From Acidobacteriota bacterium (GTDB lineage: Bacteria > Acidobacteriota > UBA890 > WLXD01): a stretch of DNA of 64,000 nucleotides. The stretch is from contig CAXWPH010000015.1 of assembly GCA_963666055.2 (NCBI GenBank), positions 1,984,001-2,048,000 on the forward strand, written 5' to 3'. Numbering within the stretch: position 1 is the first letter of the stretch; each line of letters starts with the position of its first letter. A program made the translations under genes and the position numbers. This document shows, in pieces, positions 10,418 to 20,683 of this stretch. Below the pieces are notes generated by a model. That model made no database searches. It worked only from the letters and a program-made list of their open reading frames with translations, and was not told where the DNA came from.

Positions 10418-11063
10418 ATGCGCCGTTTTGCCTTCGTCGTCACGAGCAGCGCCGTAGCGCTGCTGCTTTCTACCGCGGCTTTCGCTCAAACCTACGAGAT
10501 CCGCATCACCAACCTGACCCGCGGCCAGATCATGAGCCCCCCGGTGATTGCCGCGCACTCCAAGGCGACCCGCATGTTCCTGCCTGGAAGCCGCGCTTCC
10601 GATGACATCGCGGCGGTCGCCGAAGACGCCGGACAACAGCGGCCTCGTGAGCACGCTGTCGGCCGACCCGGAGGTGGGTGGCATGACGGTCGGCAGCGGG
10701 GTGATTCTGCCGGGCAAGACCGCTACGTACACACTCGATTCCGGCGGAGCCACGCGGCTGAGCATCGTCAGCATGTTGGTGATCACCAACGACGCGTTCT
10801 TCGGCCTAGATAGCTACAACCTCGGGTCGGTCGTCTCCCGCACCGTGGTCTGGGTGCCCGCCTACGATTCCGGCAGCGAGGACAACAACGAGGATTGCGA
10901 CTTCATCCCGGGACCGCCGTGCGGCAACGGCGGCGTCCGTGACACCAAGGGCGCCGAGAAGTTCATCCACATCCACGCCGGTGTTCTCGGCGACGACGAT
11001 CTGGCGAAGGACACCTACGACTGGAGGAATCCGGTAGTCCGAATCGTCATCATTCCAAGCTGA
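10418..11063 (+). CDS. Secreted Spondin_N domain protein; frameshift near 10630
   Basis: GGAGG RBS, signal peptide (AFA/Q), YEIRITNLTRGQIMSPPVIAAH, SMLVITNDAFFGL, AYDSGSE.N.E.C..IPGPPC, IHIHAG. Confidence 0.82.
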
Positions 11064-11107
11064 CTCTGGTGCCCGGTTCGTAGAACATGCCCGGATGATC
11101 CGGGGTA

Positions 11108-11137
11108 GCGCCCGCGGGGACTTCGCCTCGCGGGCGC
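11108..11137. terminator. GC-rich hairpin between convergent genes
   Basis: GCGCCCGCG(GGG)...(CCT)CGCGGGCGC inverted repeat; no clear U-tract. Confidence 0.4.
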
Positions 11138-11189
11138 AAGGTCGGCGCCACGGACTTCCGCAAGGTACTCACCTCCGAGCAAGGCTACG

Positions 11190-12249
11190 TCAGTCGAGCA
11201 CTGCGTCGGCGAGCAACTTCAACTTGCCGTTCATGCGCGCCAGGTCTGGCGCCGCGTTGTCGTGTTCTTGCTGTGTCACCACCACCATGTTGAGGCTCGG
11301 GATCACCACCACGATGCGCGCGTCCCAGTCGCCGTCGGCGATGTAGGTATCTGCAGGCACGGCCGGCCACGCCCGCCGCGGCGTGCCGCCGACAATGCCA
11401 TTGAACCACCAGGTGTAACCGAAGATTCCAGGCCCCAATGGAGTCTGGCTGCACTCGCCACCGAACGTCCCGACCCCCAAATAGTCGTTGCACGCCGTGA
11501 CCGGTGCCACTGCCATGGATCCAGGTACCTGCACGCGCACGCTGTCGCTGAAGTGCGACTCGGCAATCACCTGGTGCCCCAGCCAGCGCCCACGGTTGAG
11601 CCATAGCCAGCCGACGCGGGCGAAATCGCGGACCGAGATCAGCACGCCGCAACGCTCACGCCGCGCCGCTGAGTCCGTCCTCCAGCTTGAGCCGTCGAAA
11701 GCGCTTGCGGATGGCCTGCGCTACGGTGCGCCCGCCGAACACTTTGCGGAGCGACTCGCACAACAGCCGAATGCCATTGTCGTTGTACGACCATGCCGCG
11801 CCGGGTCGGTCGCGCATCGCATAGCCGCTGATGTTGTTTGCCAGATGATGGAAGGTGATGCGGCGATCTACGGTTGTGAGCTGCGGCCAATCAGGGGCGA
11901 TCGACTGATGTACGCTGCTCAGCCTGCCCTCGTCGAGCGCCAAGAACAGCAATGTCCCCAGAAGCGACTTCAGCGCCGAAGCCCAATCAAGGCGCTCGGT
12001 CACGACGCCCCAGCTGCGAACGATGTATCCGTCGCGCACGATCACGCCACTGCCCCCGACCTTCGCAACGAACGCGTCGCGTTTCCTGCCGTCTAGATCC
12101 AGGGCCGACGCTGTGCGGCTTTTCCAATGCGCGCGTGGAAAAACCGTCGCTCGATCGAAGGAGCCGCGCCGGATTCCGGCCGAGACGTCGGCGGAGGCGA
12201 GAAGGCAACACAGGCCGAGGGTCATCGAGGCGACGAGTCCAGACCGCAT
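11190..12249 (-). CDS. Secreted serine hydrolase (beta-lactamase/AmpC-like fold); frameshift near 11655
   Basis: Signal peptide, SxxK motif (WASALKS), PGAAWSYN, ISVRDFARVGWLWLNRGRW, VVIPSLNMVVV. Confidence 0.8.
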
Positions 12250-12457
12250 GGTGTGCGTTCCCTTTCATCACGAATGCCGACGCCGGGCAACAAGGGTAGC
12301 CGCGTCCGGCGAGCTAGCTATAGCAGATATGCGTCGAGCTGAGAAGTAGGGCATCAGGGGCGCGGCCAGGGCGCCGTTGAGCGTTCGCGCGTGGCCGGAT
12401 AAGGTCCGCGCCGTAGCGTCGCCCCCGAGCGGGGCGTGGCGAGTGAGCGAGAGAGCG

Positions 12458-13645
12458 ATGAGAGACTATTCCGACGCACCGGCAGCCGGTGGGCACCTGT
12501 CGGCGCTGATGCTCGTCACCGCGCTGGCAGTGGCGGCGTGCTCGCCGGGTGACGACGCTGACGGCGAGGCAACCGTCAGCAGCAGCGCGCCGGAATCGTT
12601 CGGGACGCTGCCGGACGGGCGCGACGTTCGGCTGTTCACGCTGACCAACGCCAACGGTCTCCGGGTGCGAGCCATCGAGTACGGCGCCATCCTGCAGTCC
12701 ATCGAGGTGCCGGATCGCCACGGTGAGCTCGCCGACATCGCCCTGGGCTACGACACGCTCGACGGCTACCTGGGCGACAGCCCTTACTTCGGTGCCGTCG
12801 TCGGACGCTACGCGAACCGCATCGCCGGGGGTCGCTTCTCTATCGACGGGGCGGTTAGCACCCTGGCCACAAACAACGACACCAACCATCTGCACGGTGG
12901 CGATCGAGGCTTCGACAAGGTGCTTTGGCATGGCGAAGCCCTTGGGTCGAACGAGGTGGTTTTCGCTTACCGAAGCCCTGACGGCGAGGAAGGCTACCCG
13001 GGGGCGCTCGATGTCACGGTCACCTATCGGCTCACCGACGACGATGCGCTGGTCATCGACTATCAGGCGGTTGCCGATGCGCCGACCCCGGTCAACTTGA
13101 CCCAGCACACGTATTTCAACCTGGCTGCGAGAGGCGACATCTTGGACCACGAGCTTCGCATCAATGCCGATCGCTACACACCCGTCGACGCAACGTTGAT
13201 TCCAACGGGCGAGCTGTCGGCGGTGGCCGACACACCGTTCGACTTCACCACTTCCGCCGCCATCGGGGCGCGTATCGATGCTGACCACGTACAGTTGCGT
13301 CACGGCGGCGGCTACGATCACAACTTCGTTCTCAACATCGCCGCCGACACCGGGATCGACGCGCCGATCCACGCCGCCCGCGTGGTCGAGCCTAACAGCG
13401 GCCGGGTGCTCGACGTATACACCAGCGAGCCCGGCATCCAGCTGTACTCGGGCAACTTCCTCGACGGCTCACAGGTGGGCAAGGGCGGGCGTCGCTACAC
13501 GCATCGGTCCGGGTTCTGTCTGGAGACGCAGCACTTTCCGGACTCCCCGAACCAGCCCTCGTTCCCGACGACGATCGTGCGCCCGGGCCTGGCTTATCGA
13601 ACGCGAACCACACTGCGCTTCTCGGTGAGCACTGCGGAGCAATGA
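12458..13645 (+). CDS. galM: Aldose 1-epimerase (mutarotase), probable lipoprotein
   Basis: FGTLPDG, GRYANRIAGG, NHLHGG, NLTQHTYFNL, GYDHNF, QLYSGNFL, CLETQHFPDSPN; lipobox-like VAAC; start uncertain. Confidence 0.92.
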   Translation: MRDYSDAPAAGGHLSALMLVTALAVAACSPGDDADGEATVSSSAPESFGTLPDGRDVRLFTLTNANGLRVRAIEYGAILQSIEVPDRHGELADIALGYDTLDGYLGDSPYFGAVVGRYANRIAGGRFSIDGAVSTLATNNDTNHLHGGDRGFDKVLWHGEALGSNEVVFAYRSPDGEEGYPGALDVTVTYRLTDDDALVIDYQAVADAPTPVNLTQHTYFNLAARGDILDHELRINADRYTPVDATLIPTGELSAVADTPFDFTTSAAIGARIDADHVQLRHGGGYDHNFVLNIAADTGIDAPIHAARVVEPNSGRVLDVYTSEPGIQLYSGNFLDGSQVGKGGRRYTHRSGFCLETQHFPDSPNQPSFPTTIVRPGLAYRTRTTLRFSVSTAEQ

Positions 13646-13753
13646 TCCAGCCCAAGCTGTTGGTCGGCACGGTGGCGCGGCGCTGCGTGGGCGCGAGCCT
13701 GTGCCACCTGGTGCCCGGGCATGCGTATGGCGACGGGGGGTTGCGAGGGCCGA

Positions 13754-13796
13754 CTACACAATGTAGGTTTTGAAATCTCAAACTCTACAATGTGAG
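13754..13796 (+). promoter_or_regulatory. Candidate PadR operator, two related boxes
   Basis: Palindrome CTACA-CAA-TGTAG (13754-13766) and the similar CTCTACAATGTGAG (13783-13796), directly before padR. Confidence 0.55.
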
Positions 13797-13802
13797 GTTG
13801 AT

Positions 13803-14132
13803 ATGGGTGTCGACTACCCCGGTGAGTTCGAGCAAATGCTGCTGCTGGTGATCCTGCAGCTCGGCGACGAAGCGTATGGCGGGCGGGTTCGCGCGCAGTT
13901 GACCGAACTGGTCGGTCGCGAGCCGTCCGCCGGGGCACTCTACACCACGCTTCAGCGCCTCGAGATCAAAGGGTGGGTAGGTGGACGCCAGGCCGCTGGA
14001 TCGGCGCAGAGCGGCGGCCGGCCGCGGCGCTACTTCCGAGTGACGGCCGACGGGCTCGCGGCATTGCGGCGCTCGCGTTCGGCGCTGCTGACGCTCTGGG
14101 AACCGGTTGCCGGGGCACTGGACGAAGCATGA
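13803..14132 (+). CDS. PadR-family transcriptional regulator
   Basis: GEFEQMLLL..L.LGDEAYG...GALYTTLQRLE.KGW...GGRPRRYFRVT..G. Confidence 0.9.
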   Translation: MGVDYPGEFEQMLLLVILQLGDEAYGGRVRAQLTELVGREPSAGALYTTLQRLEIKGWVGGRQAAGSAQSGGRPRRYFRVTADGLAALRRSRSALLTLWEPVAGALDEA

Positions 14133-16891
14133 GTCGGCCACCAGGACTCCTGGGCCGGCTACTGCTCCGGGTCGTGCCACAGCATGGCTTCGCGGCATCG
14201 GTGGTCGGCGACCTGGACGAGATTCGCACCCGGGAAACACGGAAGCTGGGTCATGCTCGCGCCGGTGCCCGTCACGTACGCCGTGTCACTAGTGTGCTGC
14301 TGCACTTCGGTCGCGCCCGGCTGGGCGGAGGCGGGGCGCAAGCCGAGGGCCCGGCAGGTGACCTCGGATCTGCTCGCCGAACCGGTGGCCCCAATGCGGC
14401 CCGCGGCCCGGTGCGCCGGGCGTCGGGCGGTTGGGGGCGGGGACTGGGACAGGATCTGCGCGTCGCCGTTCGCAAGTGGGCGCGAAGTCCGCTGGCAGCG
14501 CTCGTCGTGGTGCTGACGCTCGCCATTGGTATCGGCGCCAACACCGCCATCTTCAGCGTCGTGAACGTCGTGCTCGTGCGGCCGCTTCCGTACCCCGACG
14601 CTGACCAGCTCGTTGTCGTCTATACGGAGCTGCGAGGCCAGGGCGAGACCGTGCCGGCGAGCTCGCCACCGGAGTTCCAGGACCTGCTCGATCACGCCGA
14701 CGCGTTCGCGTCGCTGGGAGCCATGTGGTACCGACCCGCCGCCTTGACCGACGATGGAGTCGAGCCCGAGGACATCGACATGGCGTTCGTCTCCGCCGGG
14801 CTCTTACCAACGCTCGGTGTGGAGCCGCTGCTGGGGCGTTTTCCGCTACCTGAGGAAGATCACACCCAATCGCAGGTCGTCGTGTTGGCGCACGATACGT
14901 GGCAGCGACGTTATGGCGGCGACCCCGATCTCGTCGGGCGCACGATCGAGTTCGACGGTGTCGCACGAACGGTCGTCGGTGTGATGCCGGCAGAGTTCCG
15001 CATGTTGTTCCCGCCCGATATCCGCATGCCTAGCCGTGTGGCAGCGTGGATGACCTGGGGCGGCGACTACGACGAGTATCCGCGACGTTGGCGCGTCTTG
15101 ACTGCGATCGGTCGCCTGCGACCGGGGCTCAACGCCGCCGCCGCAACTGCAGAGTTGCGTGGCGTCGCCGAACAGGTCCGCATTGACCACGCCGACGACT
15201 ACGCCGGCTCCGGCTACGACTTGCGACTCGAGCCGCTAGCCGACGACCTGGTGGCACACTCGCGTCCAACGCTGGTGCTCCTGCTCGTCGCGGTAGCGCT
15301 GGTTCTGCTGATCGCCTGCGCCAACGTCGCTAATTTCATGCTGGGACGCTCGCTACATGCATCGCGTGAGCTCGCTATCCGCGGTGCCCTGGGGGCCACC
15401 GGCTGGCGGCTGTTCCGGCAGCTAGCGACGGAGAGCGCGGTGGTCACCTTTGCCGGCGCGGCGCTCGGCCTCGCCCTGGCGAGCTGGGGGATCCGGGCGT
15501 TGCCGCTGTTGGCGCCGGCGGATCTACCGCGTGTGGAGAGGGTCGGTATCGACGGGTCGGTGCTGATCTTCACCACCCTGGTAGCGGTCGCGACGGCGCT
15601 GGTTTTCGGCAGCGCGATGGCGATGCAGCTGCGGACGCGCAGCCAAACAGAAGTCTTGAAGGCGGGCGCCCGGGCGCTTACTGGCTCTGGTAGCGAGCGC
15701 ATGCGTAACGTCCTCGTGGTGGGCCAGGTGGCGCTGTCGTTGATGTTGTTGATCGGCGCCGGGTTGGTGGTGCGCAGCTTCGCGCTGCTGTCGCGCGTCG
15801 ATCCCGGTTTCGATCCCTCCGGCGCGCTGACCATGAAGCTGTCGTTGGTCGATGCTCACTATCCCTATTCCGAGCCGGCGAAGATCGCGGAGTTTTATCG
15901 GCAGCTGGTCGCTCGCGTCGGCGAGCTCGCTGGTGTCGGCGCGGTGGGTGCCACCACGCAGCTACCGCTCGACGGCAGCTCGTACTCCATGGCGCCGTAT
16001 GCCTACGAAGCGGCGGAAGGCGTGATGGAGTGGAACAGCATCGCGGCGAACTACCGCACGATAACCCCGGGGTGGCTCGAGGCGATCGGAGCACGGCTGG
16101 TCGAGGGACGGACCTTGGCATGGACCGACAACATGGATGCGGCGCGAGTTGTCGTCATCGATCAAAGCTTGGCGCGCCGCGCCTGGCCCGAGGCCAGTGC
16201 CGTGGGACAGCGCTTGCAGATCGAGGTCTTTCTGGCTGGCCAGCGCTACAGCGAGTGGGCCGAGATCGTCGGCGTGGTCGAGCATCTGCGGCATCACCCC
16301 AGCGCCGTCGGATCCGAGCAGGTCTACGTGGCACATTCCCAGGCCCCGATGCGGACCATGGCGTTGACGGTTCGCACCGACGCCGATGCACGCTCGCTGG
16401 TGGAATCGGTGCGCGCCATCGTTCACGAGATCGATTCCGACCAACCGCTACAGCGGGTGCGGCCGCTGGCGGAGTACCTCGGCGAATCCATCGCGCCAAT
16501 GCGTTTCGCGCTCACGCTACTCGGCGCGTTCGCCATTGCCGCGCTGTTGCTGGCGATGCTCGGTGTGTATGCCATCGTCGCGTACGGAGTAACTCAGCGG
16601 GCTCGAGAGCTCGGTATCCGCATGGCGATCGGGGCATCTCCGACGGCCGTGGTCCGCGACGTAGTGGGTCGGACCGCGGTGCTCGCGGCAGCCGGCGTCG
16701 CCATCGGTCTGCTCGGCGCGTTGGCGCTGTCGCAGTTCATGTCGGGCCTGTTGTTCGGCGTGGCGCCGACCGACCCACTGGTATTCGCCGCGGTGGCCGG
16801 CCTGTTCACTGCCGTGGCGCTATGCGCCTGCTACATACCAGCGCGCGGCGCCGCCCGCCTGGATCCCGCCAGTGCCCTGCGCCGCGACTAG
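14129..16891 (+). CDS. Duplicated MacB/FtsX-type ABC permease (ADOP family)
   Basis: QDLRVAVR, TLAIGIGANTAIFSVVN, LLIACANVAN, RELAIRGALGA, RELGIRMAIGA, PARGAARLDPASALR; ATGA overlap with padR. Confidence 0.92.
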   Translation: MSRPPGLLGRLLLRVVPQHGFAASVVGDLDEIRTRETRKLGHARAGARHVRRVTSVLLHFGRARLGGGGAQAEGPAGDLGSARRTGGPNAARGPVRRASGGWGRGLGQDLRVAVRKWARSPLAALVVVLTLAIGIGANTAIFSVVNVVLVRPLPYPDADQLVVVYTELRGQGETVPASSPPEFQDLLDHADAFASLGAMWYRPAALTDDGVEPEDIDMAFVSAGLLPTLGVEPLLGRFPLPEEDHTQSQVVVLAHDTWQRRYGGDPDLVGRTIEFDGVARTVVGVMPAEFRMLFPPDIRMPSRVAAWMTWGGDYDEYPRRWRVLTAIGRLRPGLNAAAATAELRGVAEQVRIDHADDYAGSGYDLRLEPLADDLVAHSRPTLVLLLVAVALVLLIACANVANFMLGRSLHASRELAIRGALGATGWRLFRQLATESAVVTFAGAALGLALASWGIRALPLLAPADLPRVERVGIDGSVLIFTTLVAVATALVFGSAMAMQLRTRSQTEVLKAGARALTGSGSERMRNVLVVGQVALSLMLLIGAGLVVRSFALLSRVDPGFDPSGALTMKLSLVDAHYPYSEPAKIAEFYRQLVARVGELAGVGAVGATTQLPLDGSSYSMAPYAYEAAEGVMEWNSIAANYRTITPGWLEAIGARLVEGRTLAWTDNMDAARVVVIDQSLARRAWPEASAVGQRLQIEVFLAGQRYSEWAEIVGVVEHLRHHPSAVGSEQVYVAHSQAPMRTMALTVRTDADARSLVESVRAIVHEIDSDQPLQRVRPLAEYLGESIAPMRFALTLLGAFAIAALLLAMLGVYAIVAYGVTQRARELGIRMAIGASPTAVVRDVVGRTAVLAAAGVAIGLLGALALSQFMSGLLFGVAPTDPLVFAAVAGLFTAVALCACYIPARGAARLDPASALRRD

Positions 16892-16900
16892 CTTGCTCGT

Positions 16901-18703
16901 CTACGAGTCAAGGCGCTCGATGGTGCCACGGAGCAGGAGCCAGGTGTCGGGGTCGAGCACGACTGCCGTCGGTTCGTTCCCGGCGTTGATCGAGAAGCGA
17001 TCCGAGGCTGTTTGCAGCTCGACGACTTCGCGGTGGCGCGACCCGTCGCCGTTTTGCAGCTCGATGGTGAGCGGCATTCGGTACACGTAGTCGCCCGGCT
17101 GGCGGAGCTCCAGAACGACCGCGCGCGAAGCAGCATCGTAGCGCCAGGAGCCTTCCAGGTTGATGCCGCCACCGCCGCGGTAGAGCCACTGGTCAAAAAA
17201 CCACTTCAGCTCATGTCCTGATGTTTCCTCCATGACGCGACGGAAATCGTCGGTCGACGCGTGGCCGTTGAAGTAGCTAGCGTAATACCGACGGATTCCC
17301 TTCCAGAACGCCTCCGTACCCATGAGGCCGCGCAGCATGTGCAGCGTCCACGCGCCCTTCTGATACTGCATGCTGGTGGTGATCGCCGACATGTCGTCGA
17401 GGTTGTCGTGCACGACGCGATAGTCGGGGTTGCCGTCGTAGAAAGCCGAAACGCGTTCGCGGGCGCTGCGCAGACCCGCGACAAACGCGTCGCGACCATA
17501 CTCGTGTTCGATGAACAACAGGGTGAAGTAGGTGGCGAACCCCTCGCTCAGCCAGACATCGTCCCAGTCGTACTCGGTGACCGCGTTGCCGAACCACTGA
17601 TGGGCGATCTCGTGGATGATGACGTTGCGCCACCGGATGCTACGGGTTCCGGTCACTGAGTCGTCGCCATAGAAGATCGCCGAGGCGGCCTCCATGCCGC
17701 CGCCGACGCTGTTGGATTGGATGTTGGCGAGCTTCTCGTAGGCGTAGGGCCCTATCGAGCTGCTGTAGAAATCCAGCACCTGGCGCGTCGGGTAGGCGAA
17801 GTCATAGAACCCCGCGTCGCGGTCCTGCGCATACACCCAGGTCTGTATCGGTACGCCGGCGTGATCGCCGAGATGCTGCACGGCGAAGCGCGCCGCGCCG
17901 AGCATGTACAGCCACGAGGCGATCGGCACCGACTGACGCCAATGGGTCAATCGGTTCCCATCAGCCAGGTCGGTCTCTTCGACTAGCAGCCCGTTGGAGA
18001 CCACCTGATAGTGGCCGGGCGCCGTCACCACCAGTTGGCTCTTCGCCTTGTCGTAGGGGTGATCCACGGTCGGCAGCCAGTTGCGAGCCTTGTTCGGCCA
18101 GTTGTCGGAGAAGAACGTGCGGTCGCCGTGCTTGTTTTCACCGATGATCAAACCGGTGGCCGGGACGCCGGTGTAGGCAACGGTCACCAAGACGCGCTGG
18201 CCTGAAGTGGACGAGCTCGCCAGCTCGACACGCAGACGCCCGGCCTCATGAGTGAACGGCGCCGGTGCGCCTCGGTCGGGCTCCGCCACCCCCGGTGCCA
18301 TCACCGTGTGCTCGTCGAGACCTCCAGCCAACCAGGCGCCGGTCACCTGCATCCCGTTCGGGCTGTCGGGGGCGTCGCGCCCGATGAGATCGAGCTCGAT
18401 CGCGGTGAGCCCTGCGGCGCGCAGCCGCAGGTCGACGGTGGTCAAGCCGACGATCGAGTCCGTGTCGTCGCTCAGCGTCAACCGGAAGACATACTCGTTG
18501 ACGTCGATATTCGGGTTCTTCGGGTACGTATCGGAGGCGCTGGCGGATACCACTGATGCGGCGAGGGTGATCCACAGCGCCATCGCAGCCGGCATGCGGC
18601 GGGTTCTGCTCAAACGACCAACGCCGGTCGGTAGTGAACCGCGATCACGGTCGGGAGTGCGCCTGCCGGCGACCCCACGGAGCGACGCCTTGTCATGCGC
18701 CAT
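16901..18703 (-). CDS. M1-family zinc aminopeptidase, secreted
   Basis: GGME exopeptidase motif, HEIAHQWFGNAVT...WLSEGFATY, YQKGAW.LHMLR; start uncertain. Confidence 0.9.
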   Translation of the reverse strand: MAHDKASLRGVAGRRTPDRDRGSLPTGVGRLSRTRRMPAAMALWITLAASVVSASASDTYPKNPNIDVNEYVFRLTLSDDTDSIVGLTTVDLRLRAAGLTAIELDLIGRDAPDSPNGMQVTGAWLAGGLDEHTVMAPGVAEPDRGAPAPFTHEAGRLRVELASSSTSGQRVLVTVAYTGVPATGLIIGENKHGDRTFFSDNWPNKARNWLPTVDHPYDKAKSQLVVTAPGHYQVVSNGLLVEETDLADGNRLTHWRQSVPIASWLYMLGAARFAVQHLGDHAGVPIQTWVYAQDRDAGFYDFAYPTRQVLDFYSSSIGPYAYEKLANIQSNSVGGGMEAASAIFYGDDSVTGTRSIRWRNVIIHEIAHQWFGNAVTEYDWDDVWLSEGFATYFTLLFIEHEYGRDAFVAGLRSARERVSAFYDGNPDYRVVHDNLDDMSAITTSMQYQKGAWTLHMLRGLMGTEAFWKGIRRYYASYFNGHASTDDFRRVMEETSGHELKWFFDQWLYRGGGGINLEGSWRYDAASRAVVLELRQPGDYVYRMPLTIELQNGDGSRHREVVELQTASDRFSINAGNEPTAVVLDPDTWLLLRGTIERLDS

Positions 18704-20321
18704 TTTCGGACGTCGGAGCCGGCTCGTCTTCGATGCCGAGGTCGCGTCGTAGCCTGGCGAGCTCGTCTTGTAGCTCCGTCCGCAGCTCGTCATGGGTGGG
18801 ATCGCCATGGATGCTCCTGAGCTCGTGTGGGTCGGTCGACAGGTCGAACATCTCCCACTCATCGGTGTCCGGGAACCGCACCAGCTTGTGCCGTTCGGTA
18901 ACCACCCCGTAGTGCTCGGCCACGGCGTGCGGGCCAGCTAGCCCCTCGTAGTAGTGGTAGTAGAAGCTCTCGCGCCAGTCGTCGGGCGCCTCGCCGCGCA
19001 ACAGGGGCACGAGGCTGCGTCCATGCATGCTCTCCGGCGCCTCGAGCCCGGCGACGTCGAGAAAAGTTGGCGCGAAATCGAGGTTCGACACTATCAGCGG
19101 GCTGGTCCCGCCAGGGGTGGTGCCGCCAGGCCAGCGAACCAGCAGCGGGGTGCGCAACGACTCCTCGTAGATCCAACGCTTGTCGAACCAACCGTGCTCG
19201 CCCAGATAGAAGCCCTGGTCGGAGGCGTATACCACCAGGGTGTTATCGGCGAGCCCCAGCGCTTCGAGGGAGTCGAGCAGGCGTCCGACACTAGTGTCGA
19301 TGGCGTCGATGGTGCGCAGATAGTCGCGCAGATACTCCTGGTACTTCCAGCGGACGAGCTGGCGGCCGGTGAGTCCGGCGGCGGCGAACGCTTCGTTGCG
19401 CGGTGAGTATGTGGCGTCCCAGGTGGCTCGCTGCTCGGGTGTGAGCCGGCCGATCAGGCGCGCCCAATACTCGCCTTCCCCGTCGGGTGCCGAGCCCGAG
19501 GTGGCCGGCCACACCTTGAGGTCCGACACCAGCGTCATGTGCCGATCGATCTCCATCTCCTGGCTCGATGCCGGGCTGGCGCGGCCGGAGTAGTCGTCGA
19601 ACAACGTCGGCGGCTCCGGGAACACGGTGTCCTTATAGGCGCTCAGCTCGGCTGGGCCCGGCATCCAGTTGCGATGCGGGGCCTTGTGCCCGAGCCACAT
19701 GAAGAACGGGCGTTCGGGGTCGCGCTCGTCGCCAAGCCAAGCGATCGCCAGGTCGGTGATCACCTCGGTCACGTAGCCCTCACGGCGCACCGTGCCGGCG
19801 GGAGTCAGCAGATCTGGGTTGTAGTAGTCGCCTTGGCCCGGCAGCACCTCCCAGCGATCGAACCCGGTAGGGGCGCTCTTCAGGTGCCATTTGCCGAAGG
19901 CCGCGGTCTCGTAGCCGGCGGCCTGCAGCAGCCTGGGAAAGGTAGTCTGCGAGCCGTCGAACTCGCCGCGGTTGTCGAGCACACCGTTGACGTGGCTGTA
20001 CATTCCCGTCAACACGACGGCGCGGCTCGGCGCGCAGATCGAGTTGGTCACCAGCGCTCGATCGAAGCGCATGCCGCCGTTGGCGATGCGGTCGATGTTC
20101 GGCGTCTCGTTGAGCACCGAGCCGTAGGCGCCGAGTGCCTGATACGCGTGGTCGTCGGCGAAGATGAACAGGATGTTCGGCCGGGAGCCGCCCCCGATGA
20201 CCGCGCTCGGTCCTGCTGCGCGGCAGCCGCACAACACACCCAGCAAGATCGCCGCCGCAATGGGAATGCGGGCTGCGAGCCGGCATCGTAAGCGGCCTGA
20301 GCTGGGCCGTCGAACGGCCAT
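18693..20321 (-). CDS. Sulfatase (N-acetylglucosamine-6-sulfatase-like), probable lipoprotein
   Basis: RPNILFIFADDH, ICAPSRA formylglycine motif, FGKWHL, SDQGFYLGEHGWFDKRW. Confidence 0.92.
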   Translation of the reverse strand: MAVRRPSSGRLRCRLAARIPIAAAILLGVLCGCRAAGPSAVIGGGSRPNILFIFADDHAYQALGAYGSVLNETPNIDRIANGGMRFDRALVTNSICAPSRAVVLTGMYSHVNGVLDNRGEFDGSQTTFPRLLQAAGYETAAFGKWHLKSAPTGFDRWEVLPGQGDYYNPDLLTPAGTVRREGYVTEVITDLAIAWLGDERDPERPFFMWLGHKAPHRNWMPGPAELSAYKDTVFPEPPTLFDDYSGRASPASSQEMEIDRHMTLVSDLKVWPATSGSAPDGEGEYWARLIGRLTPEQRATWDATYSPRNEAFAAAGLTGRQLVRWKYQEYLRDYLRTIDAIDTSVGRLLDSLEALGLADNTLVVYASDQGFYLGEHGWFDKRWIYEESLRTPLLVRWPGGTTPGGTSPLIVSNLDFAPTFLDVAGLEAPESMHGRSLVPLLRGEAPDDWRESFYYHYYEGLAGPHAVAEHYGVVTERHKLVRFPDTDEWEMFDLSTDPHELRSIHGDPTHDELRTELQDELARLRRDLGIEDEPAPTSENGA

Positions 20322-20486
20322 CGCGTACCTCAGGGAAATTGCCCCCGGTCGCGGTCGGCTCCGGAGGCCATGATCCGAATGGTCAGCGCGCACAGCGGGC
20401 GCACAGTAAGGACGAAGGCGCCCACGGACCAATCCGGGGCGCCTCGTCGATCACGGTAAGTTGTCGCAACTACAGTGAAAGAGAAG

Positions 20487-20559
20487 CTCCTGAGGTAGGA
20501 CTTGAACCTACAACCCTCCGGTTAACAGCCGGATGCTCTGCCAATTGAGCTACTCAGGA
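20487..20559 (-). tRNA. tRNA-Asn(GTT)
   Basis: TCCTGAGTAGCTCAATTGGCAGAGCATCCGGCTGTTAACCGGAGGGTTGTAGGTTCAAGTCCTACCTCAGGAG forms a cloverleaf; CCA not encoded. Confidence 0.96.
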
Positions 20560-20683
20560 AACAAGAGGCGCCGGAGCGCCTGTTGCTGTCGTGGCGCAGA
20601 GTTCGAGCGACACCACCAGCGCGGAAAAGGTACCACCGTTGTCCGTCCGCGGACAACAACTTCGCAGGGTCCGAGGGACTCGG

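Noticed and set aside
20487-20559. tRNA-Asn as an integration site for a genomic island
   Set aside because: No integrase and no duplicated tRNA 3' end was found downstream.
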